The notes under the pieces: model-generated
Told to the model about the DNA's origin: nothing
What the model saw: only the letters and a program-made list of their open reading frames with translations
Database searches by the model: none
Made by a program: the position numbers and the translations under genes
Origin: Pirellulales bacterium
GTDB lineage: Bacteria; Planctomycetota; Planctomycetia; Pirellulales; JAIMBC01
Reading direction: 5' to 3'
Assembly: GCA_023511675.1 (NCBI GenBank)
Contig: JAIMBC010000068.1
Span: 1 to 23,403 of the forward strand
Length of the DNA stretch: 23,403 nucleotides
Shown: piece after piece, positions 1 through 6,835 of the stretch
Position numbering within the stretch: the stretch's first letter is position 1
Layout of the letters: every line of letters begins with the position of its first letter

Positions 1-1314
1 GGCGAGCGCCACATGCCACAGGCGTGCCGCGGGACCGGCGCCGTCGATGGCCGCAGCATCGAGTTGCTCCCTCGGCACGCTACGCAGGGCGTGCCAGAGA
101 ATCATCGTGGCGGGCGGCAGGCCGCGCACCGCCTGTACCGCCCAGCACGCCGCCGGAGTGTGGTCATAGAGCCAGGCCAGCCAAGGAAGCTCAGCACGAT
201 CGAAACACCAGATTGCCGCCAGTCCCAGCACCGGGCCGGGAACAGACAGCGCCGCCGCCAGCAAGGCCACCGTCACGACGCTGCCCCAGGCCGAACGACA
301 ACACCACCACGCCAGCAGCACTCCCAGCAGGAGGCTGATCAGCGACGCCGGAATGCCGGTCAGTAGTGTCCCATACACGTGCCGCCGATAGTCCCAAAGT
401 GCGGTGGCCGTAAGACTGACAAACTTGCCCACCGACCAGTGCCGCACAAATCCGCCCGTAGCGGTGCGTTCGACATCCCAACCCGCCTGAATCGCCAGGC
501 TGATGACCGGCACGGCCACCATGACCAGCAACACCAACAGCACCGCCCCGGCCGCCGCCAGGCGGTACCGCCCCAACCGATAGTCGTACGGAGCGAGCCG
601 CGTCTCTCCTCCCGAAGGCGACAGCCGGCTCACGGTCCATCCGGTAGCCAAGAGCAACCAGGCTGAGAGCACAACGCCCGGCAAGATGCCAGGGGGTAGC
701 ACGCCCGGCTCAATCGCCAGGTCCTGGTAGACCACCTCGGCATAGGTGCGAACCTGAAACTGGTCCGTCACCACCATCTGACTGGCGGCAGCCACCATGA
801 CCCACAGTGCGGCAGCGGCCAAGGCTCCCAGGCTGCGCCGCAGCGTCACGCGCCAGGCCACCACCCAGGCCGGATGCTCCAACAGCGCCGCTTCTTCGAG
901 CTGCGGCTCGACGTTCGCCAGACCGACGCCCACAATCAAGGCGCTCCACGGCACGGCACCCAGGGCATGCACGCCTACGGCGGCCGCAAATCCTCCCACG
1001 CCATCCGCTCCCACGAGCCGCACCAGCCAGCCCTGCGTGCCCCAGGCCGCCTGCCAGCAGGCCGTCTGTACGTAGAGGGGTACGGCCAGCATGCCTACCA
1101 GCAGGATGAGCACGCCACGCCGCCCGGGCAGGTCGCTACGCACAACCAGGAATGCCAGCAAAGCGCCCAGAGGCAAACTGATGGCGGCGGTTGCCACCGC
1201 TAACTGGCAGGTGTTCCAGGCCAGTCCGCGCAGATGCGCATCGTGCAGCAGGAACAGCAGCGCCAACAGAAGCAGCAGCCAGCACAGAAGGTGCGCGGGA
1301 AAGCGGCGCGCCAT
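1..1314 (-). CDS. ABC transporter permease, two transmembrane-domain FbpB/ThiP-like type (N-terminal roughly 438 aa; the 3' end lies before the window start)
   Basis: The reverse-strand frame is open from an ATG (complement of 1312-1314) to the window edge. The hand translation begins MARRFPAHLLCWLLLLLALLFLLHDAHLRGLAWNTCQLAVATAAISLPLGALLAFLVVRSDLPGRRGVLILLVGMLAV and continues as hydrophobic helices. I read two EAA-like permease loop motifs (..LEEAALLEHP.. and ..LDAAAIDGAGPAARLWHV..), which would indicate a duplicated permease core. It is absent from the ORF track only because it runs off the window. It sits 34 nt downstream of the SPFH gene on the same strand. Confidence 0.65.
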   Translation of the reverse strand, partial: MARRFPAHLLCWLLLLLALLFLLHDAHLRGLAWNTCQLAVATAAISLPLGALLAFLVVRSDLPGRRGVLILLVGMLAVPLYVQTACWQAAWGTQGWLVRLVGADGVGGFAAAVGVHALGAVPWSALIVGVGLANVEPQLEEAALLEHPAWVVAWRVTLRRSLGALAAAALWVMVAAASQMVVTDQFQVRTYAEVVYQDLAIEPGVLPPGILPGVVLSAWLLLATGWTVSRLSPSGGETRLAPYDYRLGRYRLAAAGAVLLVLLVMVAVPVISLAIQAGWDVERTATGGFVRHWSVGKFVSLTATALWDYRRHVYGTLLTGIPASLISLLLGVLLAWWCCRSAWGSVVTVALLAAALSVPGPVLGLAAIWCFDRAELPWLAWLYDHTPAACWAVQAVRGLPPATMILWHALRSVPREQLDAAAIDGAGPAARLWHVALA

Positions 1315-1347
1315 CCGTCGTTCCGCCGGTTGAGGAGAGCGTGTCGC

Positions 1348-2790
1348 TTACAGGCTGTCTTTGCCGGAGAGGCGCTCTTCCACGCGATCGGCCTGCCAGG
1401 CCACGGCCGCCAGCGTGCGTGACACTTCGAGCGGATCCAGCGTATCTGCCAGCAGGTTGGCCCGCACCTGGATGACCTCTGCATCGCCGGGTGCTGCCGG
1501 CGCCACGCAAAACGCACCATGCACCAGTCGTGCATTGTAGCGCAACAGCGCCATGGCGTTTTTCTCGTTCGCCGGCCCGCACGTGGAGGCAAAGCTGACC
1601 ACGGCGTGGCCGCCATCGTCGCTGCGGCTGAAGTCGATCGTCACGGTCTGCTTGCGCAGCGGACCCACAGGGACGGTCACCACCCACGGCGCGCCCTGCT
1701 CGTTGAGGGCGTACCCTGCGGCCTGAATCACGCTGCGCACCACCGCCTGGGGATTGCCCGCAGGGGCGAGCGAGGCAAAATCGGGTCCAGGCTGAACCTC
1801 ACGATTGCCTGTTGCGGCTGGCTGCCGCGGCCCCATCGGCATGGTGGCCCCAGCGGCGGCGGCCTGTGCAGCCACGGCGGCCTGTGCAGCCACGGCGGGC
1901 TGGACCGCCACGGCGGGCTGGACTGGTGCGGCCATCGGCATGCTGGGCTGGTGCATGGCCTGTTGCATCATGGCGGGCAGCATCATGCCCAGGCCGGCGC
2001 CCATGCCCATCCCCATGGCGCCGCTTTCGCCCCCCCCGCTGGCCGCGAGGGAGGCCATGCTATTAGCGGCCTGGTACTTGACGAAGCTGTTCAGATCTCC
2101 CACCACACCCATGGCGCTGCGGGCATCGATGGCGCGTTGCACCTCTTCGGGGGGGGTGATGGCGTGGATAATGAAGTTCAACAGTTCCAGGCCGAACTGG
2201 GCAAAATCGTCGGCGATCTTGGCGCGTGCGGCCGAGGCCAGTTCGTCGTACCTGGCGGGCAGGTCCAAGAGGCTGGTGCCCAGCGTGCCGAGCAAGTCGG
2301 CCAGCCGGCTGACGATCACATCCTTGAGGTAGGCATTGATCTCGTCGGTGGTGTACCGGCCCTGGGTGCCGACGAGCGTGTTGAGCAACAGGGAGCTGTC
2401 GGCGACGCGCATGGCATAGCTGCCGAAGGCCCGCAGCCGCACCATGCCAAACTGGGCGTCGCGGAGCGTGATCGGCTGGCGCGTGCCCCATTTTTGATCG
2501 ACAAAGGTGTGCTTGGCGACGAAGTACACCTGCGCCTGGAAGGGAGACTTCTCCCAGGGGATGGTGAGCAGGCGCGTGATGATCGGCACATTCGCCGTGG
2601 TGAGCGTATGGCGGCCGGGACCAAAGCGGTCGAGTGCCCGGCCGTCGCGAAAGAACACTGCCTCCTGGTTCTCCTGCACAATGAGCTGGGCGCCGTACTT
2701 GATATCGGCCGAACCTTCGGGCGGGATGCGTTGCACCAGCGAACGGTTGGTAGGGTCGAAGAAATCGATGACTTCCAGGCGCAGTCCCAT
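1348..2790 (-). CDS. SPFH/band-7 (stomatin-prohibitin, COG4260-like) domain protein with an Ala/Met/Gly/Gln-rich repetitive linker and a YbjN-like C-terminal domain
   Basis: The 480-aa ORF begins [71 protein letters not shown], which is characteristic of the COG4260 SPFH family. An AAGGAG Shine-Dalgarno site lies 7 nt upstream (complement of 2798-2803). The middle of the protein is low-complexity ([36 protein letters not shown]), encoded by 18-nt tandem DNA repeats. The C-terminal roughly 130 aa (..[53 protein letters not shown]) fit the YbjN/T3SS-chaperone-like pattern, at lower certainty. Confidence 0.8.
   Translation of the reverse strand: MGLRLEVIDFFDPTNRSLVQRIPPEGSADIKYGAQLIVQENQEAVFFRDGRALDRFGPGRHTLTTANVPIITRLLTIPWEKSPFQAQVYFVAKHTFVDQKWGTRQPITLRDAQFGMVRLRAFGSYAMRVADSSLLLNTLVGTQGRYTTDEINAYLKDVIVSRLADLLGTLGTSLLDLPARYDELASAARAKIADDFAQFGLELLNFIIHAITPPEEVQRAIDARSAMGVVGDLNSFVKYQAANSMASLAASGGGESGAMGMGMGAGLGMMLPAMMQQAMHQPSMPMAAPVQPAVAVQPAVAAQAAVAAQAAAAGATMPMGPRQPAATGNREVQPGPDFASLAPAGNPQAVVRSVIQAAGYALNEQGAPWVVTVPVGPLRKQTVTIDFSRSDDGGHAVVSFASTCGPANEKNAMALLRYNARLVHGAFCVAPAAPGDAEVIQVRANLLADTLDPLEVSRTLAAVAWQADRVEERLSGKDSL
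1857..1928. repeat. Four tandem 18-nt units, two of cggcggcctgtgcagcca then two of cggcgggctggac(c/t)g(c/g)(c/t)(a/g), inside the SPFH gene; they encode the 6-aa periodic Ala/Val/Gln/Pro linker
   Basis: Direct reading of the sequence. Units lie at 1857-1874, 1875-1892, 1893-1910 and 1911-1928. Confidence 0.8.
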
Positions 2791-2858
2791 GCGTGTGCTC
2801 CTTGAAGGCGTTGGCGTGCGTGGAGGGAATGAATCGAGGTGCTGAGTTGAGTGTTGAT

Positions 2859-2930
2859 TAGCGACGGTCTGAACGAAGGATCTGAGTCGAGCGTGTGAAG
2901 CGACGGACTGAATGGGCGGTCTGAGTACAG
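2859..2930. repeat. Imperfect tandem duplication (period 39 nt, about 75 % identity) in the 5' leader of the SPFH gene, dense in TGA/TAG triplets
   Basis: 2859-2890 reads tagcgacggtctgaacgaaggatctgagtcgag and 2898-2930 reads aagcgacggactgaatgggcggtctgagtacag. The GGTCTGA/GGACTGA/GATCTGA motif recurs at 2866, 2879, 2905 and 2918. The repeats lie between the stop of the upstream gene (2947) and the SPFH start (2790). Confidence 0.55.
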
Positions 2931-2946
2931 GCTTTGAATAGAAGTT

Positions 2947-3588
2947 CTAAATGAGGCCTGCGAGGATGTCTTGTTCGGTCCCCCGCAGGATGCGCTCGCG
3001 GCGTGCCCAGGCACGCTCGAAGGCGTCAAGCTGCTGTTCGACGGCCTGGGCATCGAGCTGTGTTGGCGGCTCTTGTGGTGAGGAAGAAGCCGGCGGCTCG
3101 GCAATGCTCTGTACCAGGCGTTCAGCCCACTCGTCCAGCAGGCAGTCGTGTTCGTACACGAGTGCGAGCACGCGCTCGTCGATCTGTGCCTGGGCGAACA
3201 GGCCGCTGTAGCCCTCGACCGCGCCGCGGATCCGATCTTCCAGTCGCAGCAGCCGGGTGCGCAGGCGTTCGATGGCGGGCAGGTCGTCCAGGCGGGCCTG
3301 CTCCACAGCGCGGCGGGCCCACGCATCGAGGCGCCGGCGGCAGCGCGCCAGCTCGTCGGCCAGCAGGCTGCGCTGGAGGCGATCGCTCTCTCGCCGCTCT
3401 TCCCTTTGCATGTAGCCGCGGAAGCCGGGGATACGGCGCACCAGGTCGGCCAGTCCCCCGCGGCGGGACGGGCCCAGTTCAGGCTCGGCCATAAGTACGG
3501 GTCCCCAGCATGGGATAGCAAGGCTGCCGGATTCGAAAGGTACTTCGCTCTCCAGGGGGCGAGCTTGCCCGCCGCACGGTGCGCTCAT
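2947..3588 (-). CDS. Hypothetical Arg/Glu/Leu-rich coiled-coil protein. The start is ambiguous: ATG at 3588 or ATG at 3492.
   Basis: The 213-aa ORF (..LQRSLLADELARCRRRLDAWARRAVEQARLDDLPAIERLRTRLLRLEDRIRGAVEGY..) has heptad-like charge periodicity and a plausible composition. It lies directly upstream of the SPFH gene on the same strand. I recognised no motif. Confidence 0.45.
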   Translation of the reverse strand: MSAPCGGQARPLESEVPFESGSLAIPCWGPVLMAEPELGPSRRGGLADLVRRIPGFRGYMQREERRESDRLQRSLLADELARCRRRLDAWARRAVEQARLDDLPAIERLRTRLLRLEDRIRGAVEGYSGLFAQAQIDERVLALVYEHDCLLDEWAERLVQSIAEPPASSSPQEPPTQLDAQAVEQQLDAFERAWARRERILRGTEQDILAGLI

Positions 3589-3841
3589 TGATCATACCGC
3601 AGCGGCGCGAGCCGACAAAGCAACCGCCAACAACGGGGCGTGCTGTCTGGAAGGGCGCGACGCCGCTGCCAACCGCAGCCAAAGGGGAGCACGCGCAGGC
3701 CAGACCGGGCGTGCCGCAGCCACGCCAGCGGGTGAGAACCATTAGCCGGACTCGGCGATGCAGTGGATGGCCGCGACCCTGGGCTGACCACAGGGAGGCG
3801 GCCTGTGGTACTGGCCGCACCAGGCAAGCAAGCCCACACCA

Positions 3842-3925
3842 GGATGAGGAGGCGGGGTGCCGAATGTTGAGGCGGGCAACAGCCCCGCGCCCGAATGAGC
3901 AGGCGGGCGAGAAGCCTGCGCTCCC
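3842..3925. repeat. Triple direct repeat GAATG-NN-GAGGCGGG(C/G), each copy followed by a short hairpin, inside the ORF-free region
   Basis: The copies are ggatgaggaggcgggg (3842-3857), gaatgttgaggcgggc (3862-3877) and gaatgagcaggcgggc (3892-3907). The third copy is followed by the stem GCAGGC, a 9-nt loop, then GCCTGC. The second is followed by ggcgggc aacag ccccgcgcc. Confidence 0.45.
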
Positions 3926-4289
3926 AGGGGGCACGGTAGCCTGCGTTGGTGGGAGGTTGGCCTGGCTTGGGCTGCTGTACGGGCCAGGGGCCATGCCGAA
4001 GTTCCCCGAGCATTGGTGGCGCTGGCCCTTGCCGGTTGGCGGCCGCCATCCCGACGACGTAGCGGCCGCGGGGCACCGGCCGGCTGACCTTATGCCACGG
4101 GCAGCGACCGGGGTGCAGAGGCCGTTTCAAACCACGTGACCGGAAGGGCAATCGAAGGCCAGTGGATATATTGTGTGCTTTTACGGGGGCTTCTACCGAG
4201 CGGGTCCGCAAGCCATTGTCTCGTAGCACGTAACGGAAATGCATGTTCGCGGGCCGTGCAGTCGAATGTCGTGCGGGCATGCCGTTTCT

Positions 4290-4339
4290 GTTTTACATTT
4301 TCATTACATACTATGCATAGTTACTAGACAATGTAAAAC
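4290..4339. promoter_or_regulatory. AT-rich island holding a 50-bp nested palindrome. The outer arms are GTTTTACATT (4290-4299) and AATGTAAAAC (4330-4339); the core ACTATGCATAGT (4310-4321) is perfectly palindromic. It is a probable operator/promoter for the downstream small ORF and XRE-ImmA-PIN unit.
   Basis: Direct reading: gttttacattttcattacatactatgcatagttactagacaatgtaaaac. It is the only markedly AT-rich stretch in the window. It sits 60-110 bp upstream of ORF 4401 and about 480 bp upstream of the XRE gene. TTACAT occurs twice and ATGTAA once. Confidence 0.5.
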
Positions 4340-4400
4340 CTACGGCATACCAAGCGTTGGAGCACGGTACAAATGAACACCCGACGAACTCAGAAACCCG

Positions 4401-4676
4401 ATGGAAGAGAACGAATCTCTTGATCTTGCAAGGAACATCCGCTTTCGGCCCGTCATCCAGGCCCTTCGTAGCGGCTGCGGCAGTGCCGAGGTTGCCGCGA
4501 AGCTCGAACGTGGGCTGATCGGAGGTCTCCGCCGCGCGCTCAAGCAATTTGGGCGATGGGGTGTCATGCTGCCCGACCTTGCGGGAGCCGATCTGCCTCC
4601 CAGTCGCCGATGCAAGTACTTCTACCGTCTTATCGGTCGATGTCGTGTGGCGCGTCGTGAAGCGCGGGCCCAGTAA
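4401..4676 (+). CDS. Possible small protein (91 aa), first gene of the XRE-ImmA/PIN unit; unrecognised
   Basis: The ORF is MEENESLDLARNIRFRPVIQALRSGCGSAEVAAKLERGLIGGLRRALKQFGRWGVML.. and has a protein-like composition, unlike the overlapping minus ORF (Arg/Ser-rich). It has no clear Shine-Dalgarno site and third-position GC is lower than in the other genes. It lies just downstream of the AT-rich palindrome. Confidence 0.25.
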   Translation: MEENESLDLARNIRFRPVIQALRSGCGSAEVAAKLERGLIGGLRRALKQFGRWGVMLPDLAGADLPPSRRCKYFYRLIGRCRVARREARAQ

Positions 4677-4819
4677 CCTCGCCGCCCGCCGAAGCGAGCG
4701 CCATGCGCCGCAATGTCTGGCCGCGGCAGGATCCTTTAGCACTTCGGCAGCAAGTGGACGAGGGCACACCTGGGCGCGGCTGCTCGCCCCGCAGCGACCG
4801 GCTATTCAAGGAGTGACCC

Positions 4820-6046
4820 GTGCCTCAGGCTGACACGCTCGACCCGCGGATTCTGGGACAACGCATTGCCGAGGCCCGCAAGGCACGCGGCAAGACGCAG
4901 CAGGAGCTTGCGGAGTTCCTCGGGTGCAGCCGCCCCACGTACATCGCGATCGAGAAGGGAGACCGCCTACCCCATACGGAAGAGATCATCAAGCTCGCCG
5001 CCTTCTTGGGCAAGAAGGTGAATGATCTCGTCCGACCTACCGAGCCGGTGGTGGATCTCCAGCCCCACCTGCGGGCCGTCGCCGAGAAGATGAAGGGGGG
5101 CGACCAGGCCGCACTGCAGGCCACCATCGCCGATCTTCAAGAGCTGGCGGAGGACTACCGAGAGCTGGAGCGAATGATGCACGCGCCGCTGCCGTCCCAT
5201 TACCCGGCTGAGGTCGCACTCGACAGCCGCATCGACGCAGCCCAGCTCGCCGAGAGCGTTGCTGATCAGCAACGGTGCCGGTTGGGGCTGGGCGATCAGC
5301 CGGTCATCTACCTCCGCAGCACGCTGGAGTGGGAGGTGGGCCTGCGCATCTTCTACTCCAGCCAGTTGCCCTCGGCCGTTGCCGGAATGTACGCGTACAC
5401 CGCCGACCTCGGCTGCTGCATCCTTGTCAACCGCAAGCACCCGCCCGAGGGCCGCCGCGTCTCGATGCTGCACGAGTATGGCCACCTGATCGTGGACCGC
5501 TACAAGCCGGGCATCGACTACCTCACCCTGAGCGGGCGGAAGACCGCCAACGAGCGGTTCGCCGAGGCGTTCGCGCTCGCCTTCCTGATGCCCGCCGCTT
5601 CCGTGCGGCAGCGCTTCCATGAGATCGTGACGAGGACGAAGGACTTCCTGGTGCGCGACCTGCGGTACCTGAGCCACTTGTACTACGTCTCGGTCGAGGC
5701 GATGGCGAGGCGTTTGGAGGAGCTGGGACTGATTCCGAAGGGGAGTTGGCAGTTCCTCAAGGAAGCTAGCTTTGCTCCGCAACAGGCGGCGGAACTGCTT
5801 GGCCTGCCGCCGCAGCCGACCAACGACCGTCCGTACCCAGAGCGGTACATGTACTTGGCTGTACACGCCTATGAGCGGGGTGAGATCGGCGATAGCGATC
5901 TGGCCCACTACCTGCGGTGCGACATCGTTTCGGCCCGAGAGATCGTCGCCCGCACGCTCATCAGTGCCGGTGAAGTAGGCGAGACGGGAGAGAAGAAACA
6001 GATGCGGCTCGACTTCAACCGCTCGCTGTTGAGCGGGTCTTCCTGA
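4820..6046 (+). CDS. Fusion of an XRE-family HTH transcriptional regulator with an ImmA/IrrE-family (COG2856) zinc metallopeptidase
   Basis: A GTG start at 4820 follows AAGGAG (4808-4813) with 6-nt spacing. The N-terminus (LGQRIAEARKARGKTQQELAEFLGCSRPTYIAIEKGDRLP) is a canonical Cro/C1-type HTH. The HEXXH motif lies in MLHEYGHLIVD, followed by the helical C-terminal region typical of COG2856 proteins. Confidence 0.85.
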   Translation: MPQADTLDPRILGQRIAEARKARGKTQQELAEFLGCSRPTYIAIEKGDRLPHTEEIIKLAAFLGKKVNDLVRPTEPVVDLQPHLRAVAEKMKGGDQAALQATIADLQELAEDYRELERMMHAPLPSHYPAEVALDSRIDAAQLAESVADQQRCRLGLGDQPVIYLRSTLEWEVGLRIFYSSQLPSAVAGMYAYTADLGCCILVNRKHPPEGRRVSMLHEYGHLIVDRYKPGIDYLTLSGRKTANERFAEAFALAFLMPAASVRQRFHEIVTRTKDFLVRDLRYLSHLYYVSVEAMARRLEELGLIPKGSWQFLKEASFAPQQAAELLGLPPQPTNDRPYPERYMYLAVHAYERGEIGDSDLAHYLRCDIVSAREIVARTLISAGEVGETGEKKQMRLDFNRSLLSGSS

Positions 6047-6063
6047 GACCACAGAGGGGGGGA

Positions 6064-6600
6064 ATGGCCCACGCGGCGATCGATGCCTGCTGTCTGATCG
6101 ACTTGCTGGCCGGGGGGCACGTGGAAGAGATCCTGCGGGCGGCGGGCTTCGACTGGCACCTGCCATCCGCCGTGCAGGGCGAGGTCCGGCACGTGCGCCG
6201 GTACAACACGGCCCAGCCGGGCCAGTTGCTCGGGGTGGATGTGGATCTGTCGCCGCTGATCGCCTCGGGCGTGTTGCAGCCGTGCGGCCCCAGCAACCAG
6301 ACGGAACAGGACTGCTTTGTGCGGTACGCTGCCCAGTTCCGCTCCGAGGGGGAGGCCATGTGCCTGGCCCTTGCCGAGCAGCGCAACTGGACGCTGGCAA
6401 CCGGCGACCGACGGGCCATCTGCATCGCGCGGCAAGCCGGCCTGAGCGTAGTCAGTTGCCCTGTGCTGCTGAAGCGGTGGGCAGATGCGACTCAGCCCGA
6501 TCAGGCCACGCTGTCCAAGGTGCTGAGGGACATTCAGGTGCTCGCCCAGTTCAGGCCGAGTCCGTCCATGCCCGAGTACCAGTGGTGGCTCGATGCATGA
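6064..6600 (+). CDS. PIN-like nuclease domain protein (resembles the DUF4411-type PIN-like proteins found next to ImmA/IrrE peptidases); putative toxin/effector partner
   Basis: The start at 6064 follows agaggggggg and lies 17 nt after the upstream stop. The N-terminus AIDACCLIDLL is a PIN beta1 with the first Asp. Further acidic positions lie in ..VQGEV.., ..EGEAMCLALAE.. and ..LATGDRRAICIARQAGL... The size (178 aa) and operon position fit. Confidence 0.6.
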   Translation: MAHAAIDACCLIDLLAGGHVEEILRAAGFDWHLPSAVQGEVRHVRRYNTAQPGQLLGVDVDLSPLIASGVLQPCGPSNQTEQDCFVRYAAQFRSEGEAMCLALAEQRNWTLATGDRRAICIARQAGLSVVSCPVLLKRWADATQPDQATLSKVLRDIQVLAQFRPSPSMPEYQWWLDA

Positions 6601-6835
6601 GCGAAGGCGGCCCCATGAGGTGTGGCGGCACCAGTTGCCTCCACTCGATTCTGGCCTTCAGCTCCACGCAGGCAACCTGGCTGCGCGTTGCTTGCGACGT
6701 GGCAAGGCTCCGCAGCTTCCGACCGGCTCGGATCCGATCGAGGTTAGCCGCAACCAGTTGTGATGGAGAGATTCAATACGGTCTTCGTCCCAACACCCAA
6801 CATGAAGGTCCGTGGTGTGGCGGGGACCGCAGCGG

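Noticed and set aside
1519-2805. 428-aa plus-strand ORF, with nested ORFs 1805-2332+ and 1812-2066+
   Set aside because: It is antisense to the SPFH gene. Its Gly/His/Ala/Arg-rich composition and lack of motifs are typical of an open antisense frame in high-GC DNA.
2316-3521. 401-aa minus-strand ORF
   Set aside because: It is Ser/Pro/Arg/Cys/Thr-rich junk. It overlaps both the SPFH gene and the coiled-coil gene in the wrong frame.
3479-4280. ORFs 3585-4280(-), 3579-4139(+) and 3479-3994(-) in the ORF-free region
   Set aside because: All are Trp/Arg/Pro/Cys-rich with no Shine-Dalgarno site and no motif. I treat them as non-coding. I also looked for tmRNA, RNase P and riboswitch hallmarks here and found none.
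4967-6435. 477-aa and 175-aa minus-strand ORFs
   Set aside because: They are antisense to the well-supported XRE-ImmA and PIN genes, and Arg/Pro/Gly-rich.
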